64,000 nt of DNA from an uncultured Terracidiphilus sp. (GTDB taxonomy: Bacteria; Acidobacteriota; Terriglobia; Terriglobales; Acidobacteriaceae). Below the pieces are notes generated by a model. That model saw only the letters and a list, made by a program, of their open reading frames with translations. It had not been told where the DNA came from and ran no database searches. Shown one piece after another: positions 44,611 to 54,751 of the stretch. The stretch's first letter is position 1. Each line of letters begins with the position of its first letter. Where the stretch lies: contig CAZAQN010000012.1 of the NCBI GenBank assembly GCA_964487345.1, forward strand, positions 26,822 to 90,821, in the 5' to 3' direction. A program made the position numbers and the translations under genes.

Positions 44611-46698
44611 ATGCATCTGCACGGTCGAAGTGGGGCACTTTTGCTGTCGATTGGATTTGGGATCGCAGCGCAGGCGACGTTTGTTTACGGGCAGGCCTCT
44701 GCGGCGGCTGCAAGCGGCGCGCCGGAAAAGGTCGAGCTTTTGCCCGGCCTGGACAAACGGCTCATCGATACCAGCGCAGACCCTTGTGTCAACTTCGCTG
44801 CCTATGCCTGCGGGAACTTTACAAAACTTCATCCGATTCCTGCGGACAAGTCCGGCTTCGGAACGGGAGCCATGGTCTTCGACTACACCCAGCAGGTTTT
44901 ACATGACCTTCTGGACACGGTGTCCGTCGAGGATCCCAAACGTGGGGCGAATGAGCAAAAGATCGGCGATTTCTACGGGACCTGCACGAGTGAAGACGCG
45001 ATTCACACCGCGGGCCTGCAACCCCTGCAGCCGGAACTGGATCGCATCGCGTCCCTCAAAGACAAAAAGGAATTGACCGGCCTGCTTGCGCATTATCAGT
45101 TGATCAACGTGAATGCATTTTTTGGCTACGGCGAGCAGCAGGACTTCAAGGATGCGCGAAAACAGATTGCACTCGTGGATCAAGGCGGTCTTGGCCTGCC
45201 GGAGCGCGACTATTATTTGCGCACCGGGGACGCAGCTGAAACGACGCGCAAGCAATACGTGGAACACGTAGCAAATATGCTCAAGCTGATGGGTGAGCCC
45301 GCGGATACAGCAGCCGCCGATGCCAGGAAGATCATGGACCTGGAAACGGCTCTGGCAAAAGTTTCGATGGATGTGACCTCGCAGCGCGATCCGAACAATG
45401 TGTATCACTTTCTGCCGGTAACCAAGTTGGCAGAGTTGACGCCTGCGATCGATTGGCCGCAGTTCTTTGCACAAACGGATGTGTCGGGAATTGCCGATTT
45501 GAACATTGCCAACCCCGATTTCTTCAAAGGATTGCAATCGGTGTTGGTGTCAACCGACCTCGATACCATCAAGACGTATCTGCGCTGGCAACTGATTAAC
45601 TCCATCCCCGGCTATGCACTGCCCAAGGCGATCGATGAAGAGGATTTCGACTTCTTTCGGCACAAACTGCGCGGACAGCCTGTGCAGGAAGCACGCTGGA
45701 AGCGGTGCGTGGAAGCTACGGATGGTGCGCTGGGTGAGGCCGTTGGCCAGGTCTACGTTGCCTCGCAATTCCCGGCCGCGAGCAAGGCTTTCACGTTGCA
45801 GATGGTTCTCGACATTGAAGACGCGATGGACAAGGAGATCGACACCTTGACCTGGATGGGTCCTGAAACGAAAGGCAAGGCCAAAGCTAAATTGCACATG
45901 GTGGCCGACAAGATCGGCTATCCCGACAAATGGCGTGACTATTCGAGCTTGAAGATCGTTCGTGGCGACGCAATTGGAAATACATGGCGGGCGGTGGAGT
46001 TTGAGAATCATCGACTGCTGGCAAAGATAGGCAAACCGGTCGACCGCGGCGAATGGGGAATGAGCCCGTCGACTGTGAATGCTTACTACAACCCTTCAAT
46101 GAACGACATCAATTTTCCCGCCGGTATTCTGCAATCCCCGCTTTATGATCCTCATGCGACCGACGCAGAAAACTACGGACATATTGGCGGCATTGTTGGT
46201 CACGAACTGACCCACGGCTTCGACGACCAGGGAAGTCAGTTCGATGGGAATGGGAATTTGTCCGATTGGTGGACTCCGGACGACAAGAAGAAGTTCGAAG
46301 CCATGACCGACTGCGAAGTGAAAGAGTATGGCAGCTTCACGGCAGTCGACGATGTGAAGTTGAATGGCAAGCTGACGCTGGGAGAAAATACGGCTGACAA
46401 CGGAGGATTGCGGCTGGCGTTTCTCGCGTTCTTGGCCGACGCAAAGCGCAAGAACATCGACTTGACCGCGAAACAGGACGGGTACACGCCCATCCAGCAG
46501 TTTTTCCTGGCTCACGGACAAAGCTGGTGCGGCAGCATCCGCCCGGAACAGATCAGGCTGCAGGTCCAGACCGATCCGCATTCTCCGCGCGAGTTCCGGA
46601 TTAACGGCGTCGTGCAGAATATGCGGGAGTTTGGAGAGGCCTTCGGGTGCAAGCCGGGCCAGGCGATGATGCCGGTCAATGCCTGTCGGGTGTGGTAA
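44611..46698 (+). CDS. M13 family zinc metallopeptidase (PepO / endothelin-converting-enzyme-like)
   Basis: Signal peptide, HELTHGFD zinc motif, NAYY, GENTADNGG, and a C-terminal ...CRVW. AGGAGG RBS. Confidence 0.92.
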   Translation: MHLHGRSGALLLSIGFGIAAQATFVYGQASAAAASGAPEKVELLPGLDKRLIDTSADPCVNFAAYACGNFTKLHPIPADKSGFGTGAMVFDYTQQVLHDLLDTVSVEDPKRGANEQKIGDFYGTCTSEDAIHTAGLQPLQPELDRIASLKDKKELTGLLAHYQLINVNAFFGYGEQQDFKDARKQIALVDQGGLGLPERDYYLRTGDAAETTRKQYVEHVANMLKLMGEPADTAAADARKIMDLETALAKVSMDVTSQRDPNNVYHFLPVTKLAELTPAIDWPQFFAQTDVSGIADLNIANPDFFKGLQSVLVSTDLDTIKTYLRWQLINSIPGYALPKAIDEEDFDFFRHKLRGQPVQEARWKRCVEATDGALGEAVGQVYVASQFPAASKAFTLQMVLDIEDAMDKEIDTLTWMGPETKGKAKAKLHMVADKIGYPDKWRDYSSLKIVRGDAIGNTWRAVEFENHRLLAKIGKPVDRGEWGMSPSTVNAYYNPSMNDINFPAGILQSPLYDPHATDAENYGHIGGIVGHELTHGFDDQGSQFDGNGNLSDWWTPDDKKKFEAMTDCEVKEYGSFTAVDDVKLNGKLTLGENTADNGGLRLAFLAFLADAKRKNIDLTAKQDGYTPIQQFFLAHGQSWCGSIRPEQIRLQVQTDPHSPREFRINGVVQNMREFGEAFGCKPGQAMMPVNACRVW

Positions 46699-46884
46699 TA
46701 GGAGGAACAGGAAATCTGGCCCGAAGAAAAGCGAGAAGGTAATGGCAGGTTTTCCGTCGCCCCCAATCGCCGCTCGGGCCTATCTCCAGCAGAGTTGGCA
46801 AGGGAGATCACCATTCGTTCCCGGTGATATACTCGCTTGGGCGGAGCGCCAGCGACGCCTGCATTTACTGACGTTGAGGTTCTC

Positions 46885-47631
46885 ATGTCCGGCCACTCGA
46901 AATGGGCGACAATCAAGCATAAGAAGGGCGCGCTGGATGCTAAGCGCGGCAAGATATTCACCCGCCTGCTCAAGGAAATCGCTGTCGCCGCAAAGGGCGG
47001 TGGTAACCCTGACACCAATGCTCGGCTCCGCACTGCGGTTCTGGCGGCAAAGGCCGAGAACATGCCGCAGGACAACATCAAGCGAGCCATTCTGCGCGGT
47101 ACCGGAGAATTGGAAGGCGTCAACTACGAGGAAATCACCTTCGAGGGCTATGGCCCCGGCGGCGTCGCCATCATAGTCGAAACGACCACGGACAATCGCA
47201 ACCGCACCGTGAGCGAGATCCGTCACACCTTTTCCAAGAACGGCGGCAATCTGGGCTCGACAGGTTCGGTGTTGCATATGTTCTCCAAGAAGGGTGTCAT
47301 CGCAGTCGAAAAGTCCGCGGCCAGCGAAGAGAAGCTGATGGACGTCGTGCTGGAACACGGCGGTGAGGACCTGAACGACGAAGGTGAAACATGGGAAATC
47401 ATCACCGACCCGGCTTCGTATGAAGCCGTGCTCACCGCGATTAAGGCTGCCGGCATTCCGACCGTGATGAATGAAGTCACCATGGTCGCCTCTACTTACA
47501 CCAAACTTGAGGGCCCGGCTGTGGGCCAGATGCTTCGGCTGCTTGAGGCGCTGGAAGATTTCGACGATACCCAGAACGTTTACTCGAACTTCGACATGAC
47601 AGCCGAGCAGATGGAACAGGTTGCCGGCTGA
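46885..47631 (+). CDS. yebC: YebC/PmpR family DNA-binding transcriptional regulator
   Basis: [28 protein letters not shown] is the invariant family N-terminus. Confidence 0.95.
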   Translation: MSGHSKWATIKHKKGALDAKRGKIFTRLLKEIAVAAKGGGNPDTNARLRTAVLAAKAENMPQDNIKRAILRGTGELEGVNYEEITFEGYGPGGVAIIVETTTDNRNRTVSEIRHTFSKNGGNLGSTGSVLHMFSKKGVIAVEKSAASEEKLMDVVLEHGGEDLNDEGETWEIITDPASYEAVLTAIKAAGIPTVMNEVTMVASTYTKLEGPAVGQMLRLLEALEDFDDTQNVYSNFDMTAEQMEQVAG

Positions 47632-47656
47632 GACTCATTCCCAACGGAAGATCTGA

Positions 47657-47683
47657 GGCCGACCGGTTGGGTCGGCCTTTTCT
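47657..47683 (+). terminator. intrinsic terminator after yebC
   Basis: GGCCGACC-ggttg-GGTCGGCC followed by TTTTCT. Confidence 0.7.
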
Positions 47684-47721
47684 GTGAGAATTGAACACTT
47701 ACTGTACGAGAAGGAAAGAAA

Positions 47722-48456
47722 TTGAGTTCAAGAACGAAGTTCCTTTTGCCTGTTTTGATGGCGGCCGCCCTCTTGCCTTGCATGACGGCCATCGCTGAAT
47801 CCGAAGACGGCGCTGCTGTGCCTGTGTCTCCGGCTGCTGCGAATCCGGTCGCTGAAGTCCGCGACGCGCGAAGCTGGGAGTATGGCCCGTTTGTCAACTG
47901 GGGCACGGGTGTTGGCAATCGTTCTGATTTTAAATTTCTGTGGGGCGGCGCTCAGTTAGCGAAACCCTTGACGCCAGTTCTCCGCGCGGGCATCTTCAGC
48001 GGCCAGTTCGAATACGGCGGAAACATCATGCCGCTCTGGCTGGCCTTCACTCCTGCTGCGCACGAGCAAACATTCCTTTATCAGGGTACGGTCTATACCG
48101 AGCCGATTGGCGGGGGCACATACGTTGGCCTGAGTATCACACCGGTGATCTTTCGCTGGAACTTCCTGACCAGATCGCGGCGGTTTCAGCCGTGGTTTCA
48201 GGCAGCGGGAGGGCTGGTCTACACGACGCACAAATTTCCGCCGGATGTGCTTGTCCCTCATGGCACGCCCGGGGGCACCTCCGTCTGGAATTTCTCGCCG
48301 CAGGGCGGTGGCGGCGTGCACTATTTTCTTCGTTCGCGGCGTTCGATCGATCTGGGTGTGAATGGCGTGCACATTTCGTCGGCTTCGCTCGGCGACCGTA
48401 ACCCAGGAGTCAACGCCAGCATCCAGATACAGATAGGGTATACGTTCTGGAAATGA
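47722..48456 (+). CDS. outer-membrane beta-barrel protein, PagL-like acyloxyacyl hydrolase (tentative)
   Basis: Signal peptide, alternating beta-strand pattern, ...NGVHISSASLG... near the C-terminus (PagL-like His/Ser), and a terminal aromatic ...YTFWK. TTG start. Confidence 0.5.
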   Translation: MSSRTKFLLPVLMAAALLPCMTAIAESEDGAAVPVSPAAANPVAEVRDARSWEYGPFVNWGTGVGNRSDFKFLWGGAQLAKPLTPVLRAGIFSGQFEYGGNIMPLWLAFTPAAHEQTFLYQGTVYTEPIGGGTYVGLSITPVIFRWNFLTRSRRFQPWFQAAGGLVYTTHKFPPDVLVPHGTPGGTSVWNFSPQGGGGVHYFLRSRRSIDLGVNGVHISSASLGDRNPGVNASIQIQIGYTFWK

Positions 48457-49379
48457 CCACGAAAGAGCCCGTCGTTGAATGCGTGCCCAATTTCTCCGAA
48501 GGCAGGGATACCAGGCGCGTTGAGGCCATTTTGGCTGCGATGCGCATGGCGGGAGTGCATCTCCTCGACTGGTCGATGGATGCCGATCACAATCGCTCTG
48601 TCGTCACCATAGCCGGCCAGCCCGCGGCTGTCGTCGAATCGGCGGTGCGCGGGGCAGGGAAGGCAGCCGAGCTCATCGACCTGACTCGCCAGGAAGGCGT
48701 ACATCCGCGCATTGGCGCAGCGGATGTGATTCCGTTTGTCCCCATCTCCGGCATCAAGCTGGAGCAATGTGTCATGCTCGCACGCCAGGCGGGCCTCGAG
48801 ATCTGGCAGCGTTACGGCGTCCCCGTCTACTTTTATGAGGCTGCGGCGGCACGACCCGACCGCGCCAATCTTGACGACGTGCGGCGCGGCCAGTTCGAAG
48901 GCCTGCGCGATATCGTGCGCAAGGAAGCGGTTCGCCGGCCCGATCTGGGCGGGCCCGGGCTGCACCCTACGGCAGGCGCCTGCGCCGTGGGCGCGCGAAA
49001 ATTCCTTGTCGACTACAACGTCTACTTCGATTCGGCTGACGTGACGATGGTGCGCGCCATCGCCCGTGAGATTCGTGCTGCTTCCGGCGGGCTGAAAGGC
49101 GTAAAGGCGATGGGTCTGCTTGCGCACGGGCGGGCGCAGTTGTCGATGAACATCACCGACTTTGAATCCACGCCCGTATCGCAGGTCTTTCGCACACTGT
49201 CCCGAATTGCTCTTCGTCATAAGGCGGTGCCGGTGGAGGGAGAGATCATTGGGCTCGTGCCTGAAGCTGCCTGCGAGCGCGAAAGCGAATGGATGCGTCA
49301 GTTAATAGGATTCGATCCGCTCACCAAAGTTTTAGAGGGCCGGCTCGAGGCTCCGCTGAGCTGGCCTGGAGAAAAGTAA
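48453..49379 (+). CDS. glutamate formimidoyltransferase
   Basis: VECVPNFSEGRD... hallmark N-terminus. About 300 aa, i.e. transferase domain only. Its ATG overlaps the upstream stop (ATGA). Confidence 0.85.
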   Translation: MTTKEPVVECVPNFSEGRDTRRVEAILAAMRMAGVHLLDWSMDADHNRSVVTIAGQPAAVVESAVRGAGKAAELIDLTRQEGVHPRIGAADVIPFVPISGIKLEQCVMLARQAGLEIWQRYGVPVYFYEAAAARPDRANLDDVRRGQFEGLRDIVRKEAVRRPDLGGPGLHPTAGACAVGARKFLVDYNVYFDSADVTMVRAIAREIRAASGGLKGVKAMGLLAHGRAQLSMNITDFESTPVSQVFRTLSRIALRHKAVPVEGEIIGLVPEAACERESEWMRQLIGFDPLTKVLEGRLEAPLSWPGEK

Positions 49380-49628
49380 CCCCCTGGTCAGTTCATAAAG
49401 CGCTCCGGCAATTTCCCGGAGAGTAAAATGAGTAGGAAGGAATGCGAATGCTTTGGCCAATCAGGCGGGGCAGGCAGGCTGCATCGGGCATTCGAGAACC
49501 GCTCACGATTCCGCGTTTCCTCGCGTCTGACTGTGGGAATAGATACGGCGGCTTAGAACGATTGCAGATCGTGGATCGGCCAAGATTCCCAACCGATTAG
49601 CCCAGCTAGCGCTCGACATTCCTGGAGG

Positions 49629-50588
49629 ATGCTCTTGTTCAGATTTCTTTTTAGACTTTCGATTGCTGCTACGACGTTAGCCTTCACATTGCCGGTATTC
49701 GCGGCCCAATTATCCGGCGACGCTCGCGCTGCAATTCCGCACGACCTGCAACAGCTGGTCATGGTCGACTACCGGGCCATGCAGAACTCTGACTCCGCCA
49801 TGCAACTGAAGGAGCGCGTCATGCCGCCCGACCTCAAGCAGTTCGACGAGGCCCTTCAGAAGTCCGGCGTCAACGACAACCATGACGTCGACAGTCTTGC
49901 CTTCGCGCTCTATCGTGTTGCCGGCTCCGGTGACCAACTGGAAACTGTAGGCATCGCCCAGGGCCAGTTCTCCGTGGAGGACATGGTTGCGAATTTTCGC
50001 AAGCAGAAGGTGCACTCCTCTCTGATTCGCACTAACCGCGTCTATCCGCTGGGAAAGACTGGCATGGTGCTCTGCTTTATCGATCCCTCCACGATGGTCT
50101 TCGGTAGCTCCGAGGCCGTCAAGCAGGCACTGGATGTGCGCGACGGCCTGACGCCCAGCATGTTAACCAACAGCCCGATCATGGAAGCGATGCGCTCCGT
50201 CGAGTCCGAACCGTTGTGGAGCATTCTTGACCAGAAGGGTACGGAAACCATGATGCGCCAGGTTCTGGGTGAAGCGGGTTCGGTCACGGATTACGATTCG
50301 GTACGCAAGCGGTTGGTGGGCTCGTGGTACACGATGAATTTCCAGCATGGCGTTCGGTTCGACCTCACCATCTCGACCGGCGACAACTTCGCAGCCGCGA
50401 CCGTTTCCTCGCTCCTGAATGCGGCCGTGCTCTATCGCAAGATGAGCGCGTCGGATGCGGAAAAGTCCGCGCTCACCGCAACCGACATCTCGTCGAATTC
50501 CGGTCTGCTTTCGGTCCATTTCCAATCGTCCGACACGGAATTCAACAGCCTGCTCAAGTCAACGTTGTTTCAGAGCATGGTGCACTAG
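49629..50588 (+). CDS. exported hypothetical protein
   Basis: Signal peptide (...TLAFTLPVFAAQ). No family recognised. Start may be TTG 49635, which has better spacing from GGAGG. Confidence 0.55.
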   Translation: MLLFRFLFRLSIAATTLAFTLPVFAAQLSGDARAAIPHDLQQLVMVDYRAMQNSDSAMQLKERVMPPDLKQFDEALQKSGVNDNHDVDSLAFALYRVAGSGDQLETVGIAQGQFSVEDMVANFRKQKVHSSLIRTNRVYPLGKTGMVLCFIDPSTMVFGSSEAVKQALDVRDGLTPSMLTNSPIMEAMRSVESEPLWSILDQKGTETMMRQVLGEAGSVTDYDSVRKRLVGSWYTMNFQHGVRFDLTISTGDNFAAATVSSLLNAAVLYRKMSASDAEKSALTATDISSNSGLLSVHFQSSDTEFNSLLKSTLFQSMVH

Positions 50589-50597
50589 GTGTAGTCG

Positions 50598-52472
50598 CTA
50601 TCCGGCTTTCGGCACGGAATCCATTTCATTGGGAGCATTCGCGTTCGCGACCCGATTCCGCCCGAGTCTCTTAGCCGCATAGAGCGCTTCGTCGGCATGT
50701 TGAACCAGGGCGGAAGCGTGCTGGCCTGACGCAGGAACCATGGTCGTGCAGCCGACGGAGACTGTGAGATAGCCCAGGGGATTGCCGCTGTGGACAACCT
50801 TGCGGCTGCGCACCACTTCGCAGATTTGAGTGGCCACTTCGATCGCTCCGGCATTCGGAGTTCGAGGCAAAACCACTGCAAACTCCTCCCCCCCGAACCG
50901 CGCCACCAAATCCCCTGGGCGTGAGACCGTGCCGACCACCATCTCGGCAATCTTCTTCAAGCAACTGTCGCCACGCAGGTGCCCATAGGCATCGTTGAAC
51001 GCTTTGAAAAAATCGACGTCCAGCAGCAGCAAGGACAAAGGTTGCCGTTCCCGCATGCAGCGTCGCCACTCAGAGTTCAGGCATTGGTCTAGACGGCGTC
51101 GGTTGGCCAGGTGCGTCAGTGGATCCGTAGCTGCCAGTGTTTCCAGCGCTCGATAGGCATTCTGAAGGGCCTGTTCGGCCGCTTTTCGTTCGGAAACGTC
51201 GCGGAGGATCGCTAGGACTCCCGACGGAGTCTTCTTTGCAGGATCCAGAACGAGGCGGAGACTGCCTTCGGCCCAAACATATTCTCCGTTTCGCTTGCGA
51301 ATGCGATGCTCTACCACCGCATTGTCAGCGCCGGGATGGAGCTGTTTTACAACCCTCACCACCCGCGCAAGATCCTCGAGATGAATCATTTCGCCGAATC
51401 CGAGAGGAGCCGCTTCTTCTGGCTTCCATCCTGTGAGTTTCTCGATGGCCGGGGAAGCATAGAGGGGATGCCCCATCGGATCGACCATGAGGATCGTATC
51501 GCGAGAGTTCTCAACCACCAGTGCATGCAGCGTCGCGATCTTTTTCAGTTCGCGTTCCGTCGCTTTCTGTTGGTCCAAAACTACGGAAATGTAATAGAGC
51601 ATGAACATCGCGGATGCGATGAACACCTGCAGCAGCACACTCGGAGCGACGGGGGTTAACGATTTTGCGAATGTGAACGGTCCATCGCCGTGGAGCGTGA
51701 AGCATCCCCCGACCAGCGCGACTAAGAACGTTGAGACTGCTCCCCACTCCAGGCCGATGCGAAAAACCACCATCACAAGACAGGGATAGATAAGGAAAAA
51801 AATGGGCGCTCTGGATTGAGAGAATCCGGCGATGCTCGTTGCCACTACAAGTGTCAGATATGGCCAATTCCTCCGCAGATTCACGCGTCCGCGAAAGTGC
51901 CTTTTGAAGACGGCCACAAAAGCCGGCGTGGCAACGACAATCCCCAGCGAGTCGGCAACACTCCAATCGAGATATGCAACTAGCGATGTGGCGCCGCGGG
52001 GAAAGTGTACGAACGGCAGGAAGGCTATCGCTTCTGCGAATGGCATCGCGATAAAGGCGACTGCGAGAAATCGCAGCAGATAACTCCGCTCGGTGAAACG
52101 AGGCAACTCGCGGGAACGCCGGCGCAGCAGCGCGGCAGCGGCGGTCACTTGAACAATGTTCCAAACCGAAACGAACAGCATGAGTTTCCAGTCGCCGCCC
52201 GCTAGCAATCCACCGACGATCTGGGCTACAAAGCTCACTACGAGATAACGTGGCCAATTCCATCGAGGGGCCAGCAGCAGATAGCCGAGCAGAAGCCCGT
52301 TCGTCACCAAAATGAGACCCGGCCCCTCCTCATTTGTTGCCAAAGAGGTGACAAGCGCGCTCGCCAGTGCGATGAGCAGAAAGCAGATCGCGAGCCGCAC
52401 AGCGAGTCCGTGGCTGCATCTCCATGTGCCGCGCAAGAATGGCCAGCCACGCTTTGATTGCTGCTCTTCCAC
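50598..52472 (-). CDS. diguanylate cyclase with MASE1-like membrane domain and PAS domain
   Basis: Polytopic N-terminus, a PAS region, a GGDEF domain with RFGGEEF, and an I-site-like RPGD five residues upstream of it. Confidence 0.88.
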   Translation of the reverse strand: MEEQQSKRGWPFLRGTWRCSHGLAVRLAICFLLIALASALVTSLATNEEGPGLILVTNGLLLGYLLLAPRWNWPRYLVVSFVAQIVGGLLAGGDWKLMLFVSVWNIVQVTAAAALLRRRSRELPRFTERSYLLRFLAVAFIAMPFAEAIAFLPFVHFPRGATSLVAYLDWSVADSLGIVVATPAFVAVFKRHFRGRVNLRRNWPYLTLVVATSIAGFSQSRAPIFFLIYPCLVMVVFRIGLEWGAVSTFLVALVGGCFTLHGDGPFTFAKSLTPVAPSVLLQVFIASAMFMLYYISVVLDQQKATERELKKIATLHALVVENSRDTILMVDPMGHPLYASPAIEKLTGWKPEEAAPLGFGEMIHLEDLARVVRVVKQLHPGADNAVVEHRIRKRNGEYVWAEGSLRLVLDPAKKTPSGVLAILRDVSERKAAEQALQNAYRALETLAATDPLTHLANRRRLDQCLNSEWRRCMRERQPLSLLLLDVDFFKAFNDAYGHLRGDSCLKKIAEMVVGTVSRPGDLVARFGGEEFAVVLPRTPNAGAIEVATQICEVVRSRKVVHSGNPLGYLTVSVGCTTMVPASGQHASALVQHADEALYAAKRLGRNRVANANAPNEMDSVPKAG

Positions 52473-52589
52473 ACTCTCGCCTTTTCAACCTTATCGGCGG
52501 TTTTGAAAAGGGAATTAGAAGAATCTGATTTTTGGTTCTGGGAATTCTGAGAACTTCGGCGGGACTGCAGTTGTGGATTCACTCTTGCT

Positions 52590-52970
52590 TCACGGACGGG
52601 GACTGAGCTCTGTCTGAAACGACGCCTTTCCTTCCGGCTGCAGAATGATTTCCAGGTGGCCTTCCTGTCGTTCAGAGACTTCCGGTCCGATCATCCGCCG
52701 CAGCCGGTGGCTCCCGGCCTCGCTGTACTGCACCTTGACTGACCCGCTGCCGCGTACTTGAAAGCGATAGTGATAATCGGCGCCTGCGGCAAGGTTGTCG
52801 GCACCAAAGCTGGCGCTCGGATAGTCCACTTCCAACAGTTCGATTGCCGAACCGGTTCGATTCTCAACAGTCGTTTCGATTTGATACGAATGGCATCCGC
52901 AAACAAATCCAGAGATGAATCCGGTCCCAAGCAGCAAAAGCGTCCATCGACCCAGAGCGCGTCTTCTCAC
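52590..52970 (-). CDS. putative lipoprotein
   Basis: Lipobox-like ...GFISGFVCGC. Its ATG overlaps the lpxD stop (ATGA). Confidence 0.55.
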   Translation of the reverse strand: MRRRALGRWTLLLLGTGFISGFVCGCHSYQIETTVENRTGSAIELLEVDYPSASFGADNLAAGADYHYRFQVRGSGSVKVQYSEAGSHRLRRMIGPEVSERQEGHLEIILQPEGKASFQTELSPRP

Positions 52971-54010
52971 GCGCGATCTCCATCCGTCTGCTCAGCAGAA
53001 TCCCGTGCGGCCAGTTTCTTTTCCACGCGGTCCAGACGCTTCAGCAACTCCGGCAGGCGTTGAAAGATAGCGACAGCCCGCAGCCAGATCCGATTGTCGA
53101 ATCCCGGCGAGCCGGAGATCATCTTCCCGGCCGGCACATCGTGGCTCACTGCGGACTGCGCAGTCAGAATCACTCCATCTCCCACGGTGCAATGCCCCGC
53201 AATACCGGTCTGCCCGGCCAAGATTACGTTGTTTCCTACCACCGAAGACCCGGCCAATCCGGTCTGCGCGCAAAGCAGCGTGTCTTTTCCGACTCTTGAG
53301 CCATGTCCAACCTGAACGAGATTATCGACCTTGCTTCCGTCGCCGATCTCAGTCGCGCCTACGGTCGCCCGATCGATGCAGGCGTTCGCCTGAACATCGA
53401 CTCGGTTGCCCAGTCGCACCGGCCCCGACTGCGGAATCTTCTCCCATTCTCCTTTGTCGTTTTTGGAGAAGCCGAAGCCATCGGCGCCGATGATCGCCCC
53501 GTTCTCCAAGGTCACATGATCGCCGAGAATGCATCCCTCGCGCACCACGGCATGCGCATGGGCAAAGAAATGACTCCCAACGCGCACGCCCGAGTAAAGA
53601 ACCACATGGGGCAACAGGGTAGCCTGCGCACCTAGCCGCACTCCCGTCCCGACCACCACATAGGCGCCAATATGTGCACCGGGGCCGACCTCCGCAGATG
53701 GATCTATGACGGCCGTCGGATGGATGCCTTCTGGATACGCGGGAGCCTGATAGAACATGCCCAACGCCCGGGAGAACGCGTGATAGGGATTCTTGATGCG
53801 CAGCGTTGCAGCGGCGATCTCAGGAAATTCCGGCTCAACCAGCACGGCTGCGGCTTTCGTGGTGCGCGCAAGCCCTGTGTAGCGCGGATTGGCAACGAAG
53901 GTGATCTCGGTCGACCCTGCCTCCTCAATCCCTTTGACGCCAGTGACTTCTATGTCAGGGTCGCCGCGCAGTTCAGCGCCCAAACGGCTTGCAAGCTCGC
54001 CAAGTTTCAT
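52967..54010 (-). CDS. lpxD: UDP-3-O-acylglucosamine N-acyltransferase
   Basis: LpxD N-terminal domain (MKLGELASRLGAELRGD...ITFVANPRY), followed by left-handed beta-helix hexapeptide repeats. Confidence 0.92.
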   Translation of the reverse strand: MKLGELASRLGAELRGDPDIEVTGVKGIEEAGSTEITFVANPRYTGLARTTKAAAVLVEPEFPEIAAATLRIKNPYHAFSRALGMFYQAPAYPEGIHPTAVIDPSAEVGPGAHIGAYVVVGTGVRLGAQATLLPHVVLYSGVRVGSHFFAHAHAVVREGCILGDHVTLENGAIIGADGFGFSKNDKGEWEKIPQSGPVRLGNRVDVQANACIDRATVGATEIGDGSKVDNLVQVGHGSRVGKDTLLCAQTGLAGSSVVGNNVILAGQTGIAGHCTVGDGVILTAQSAVSHDVPAGKMISGSPGFDNRIWLRAVAIFQRLPELLKRLDRVEKKLAARDSAEQTDGDRA

Positions 54011-54060
54011 CGCAGCGATTGTAACGGAACGGAATGCCTTGGTTTTGATCGCGCCTAGAT

Positions 54061-54579
54061 TCACTCAGGTTCGCTAGGAAACAGCTCCGGCTGGGCCACA
54101 CCGTCAGCCGCCTCGTGCTTGCCCCGGCCTGCACCAATCAGGCCCACCACCTCCAGGGCCTGGATCGACCCTCGCGGCACGTAGATGCGCTGCGTATTCG
54201 AGCGCGTGTCGGGAGGCGTCAAGAGCAGGCCTGCGCCCTCTACCAGCGAGCGGTCGTTGGCGGCCAACCCTTCCAGTTCGTCCCCATCGGTCAACGTCAT
54301 GCGGAGCCATAGCCCTGCGGCGCGGGGTCTGGCTTTGAATCTCTTTTGCAGCAGCCTCTCCGGATTTCCCTGTTCGGAAGTCGGGAAGTCTCGTACGTAG
54401 CAGACCCACTTCACGGCATCCCAGCCGAAGGTGACCACTTTCCCAGATGGGTCGAGAATCTCAAGCGACGCCGCATCCGGGGCGAATGTCGCGCCCGCAT
54501 AACCCGCCATCCAGTCCCGCGAGAACTTCCGCACAATCACGGGTTTACGATGCGATGCCATCCCACTGGATTGTCGCAT
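54061..54579 (-). CDS. hypothetical protein
   Basis: 166-172 aa (ATG at 54579 or 54561), same strand and upstream of lpxD. No family recognised. Confidence 0.5.
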   Translation of the reverse strand: MRQSSGMASHRKPVIVRKFSRDWMAGYAGATFAPDAASLEILDPSGKVVTFGWDAVKWVCYVRDFPTSEQGNPERLLQKRFKARPRAAGLWLRMTLTDGDELEGLAANDRSLVEGAGLLLTPPDTRSNTQRIYVPRGSIQALEVVGLIGAGRGKHEAADGVAQPELFPSEPE

Positions 54580-54751
54580 GATCCAGGACCTGCTGCGAGC
54601 CCAAAAGCAGCGGTTTCAGTGCAGATCTCTCTAGCCAACAGGTGTCATTTGTGTTAAGGTACTGGTTTGCAACCTCTGCCGTAGCGCTCTGTAAGCGTAA
54701 CCGCATCAGGCATTTGGGTGGGTTTGGGGAGGGGGACAGAAGCAGGACGGA

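Noticed and set aside
44360-44713. 117-aa minus-strand ORF overlapping the M13 peptidase start and the 10-bp stem-loop
   Set aside because: It overlaps the well-supported peptidase N-terminus and RBS. No motif.
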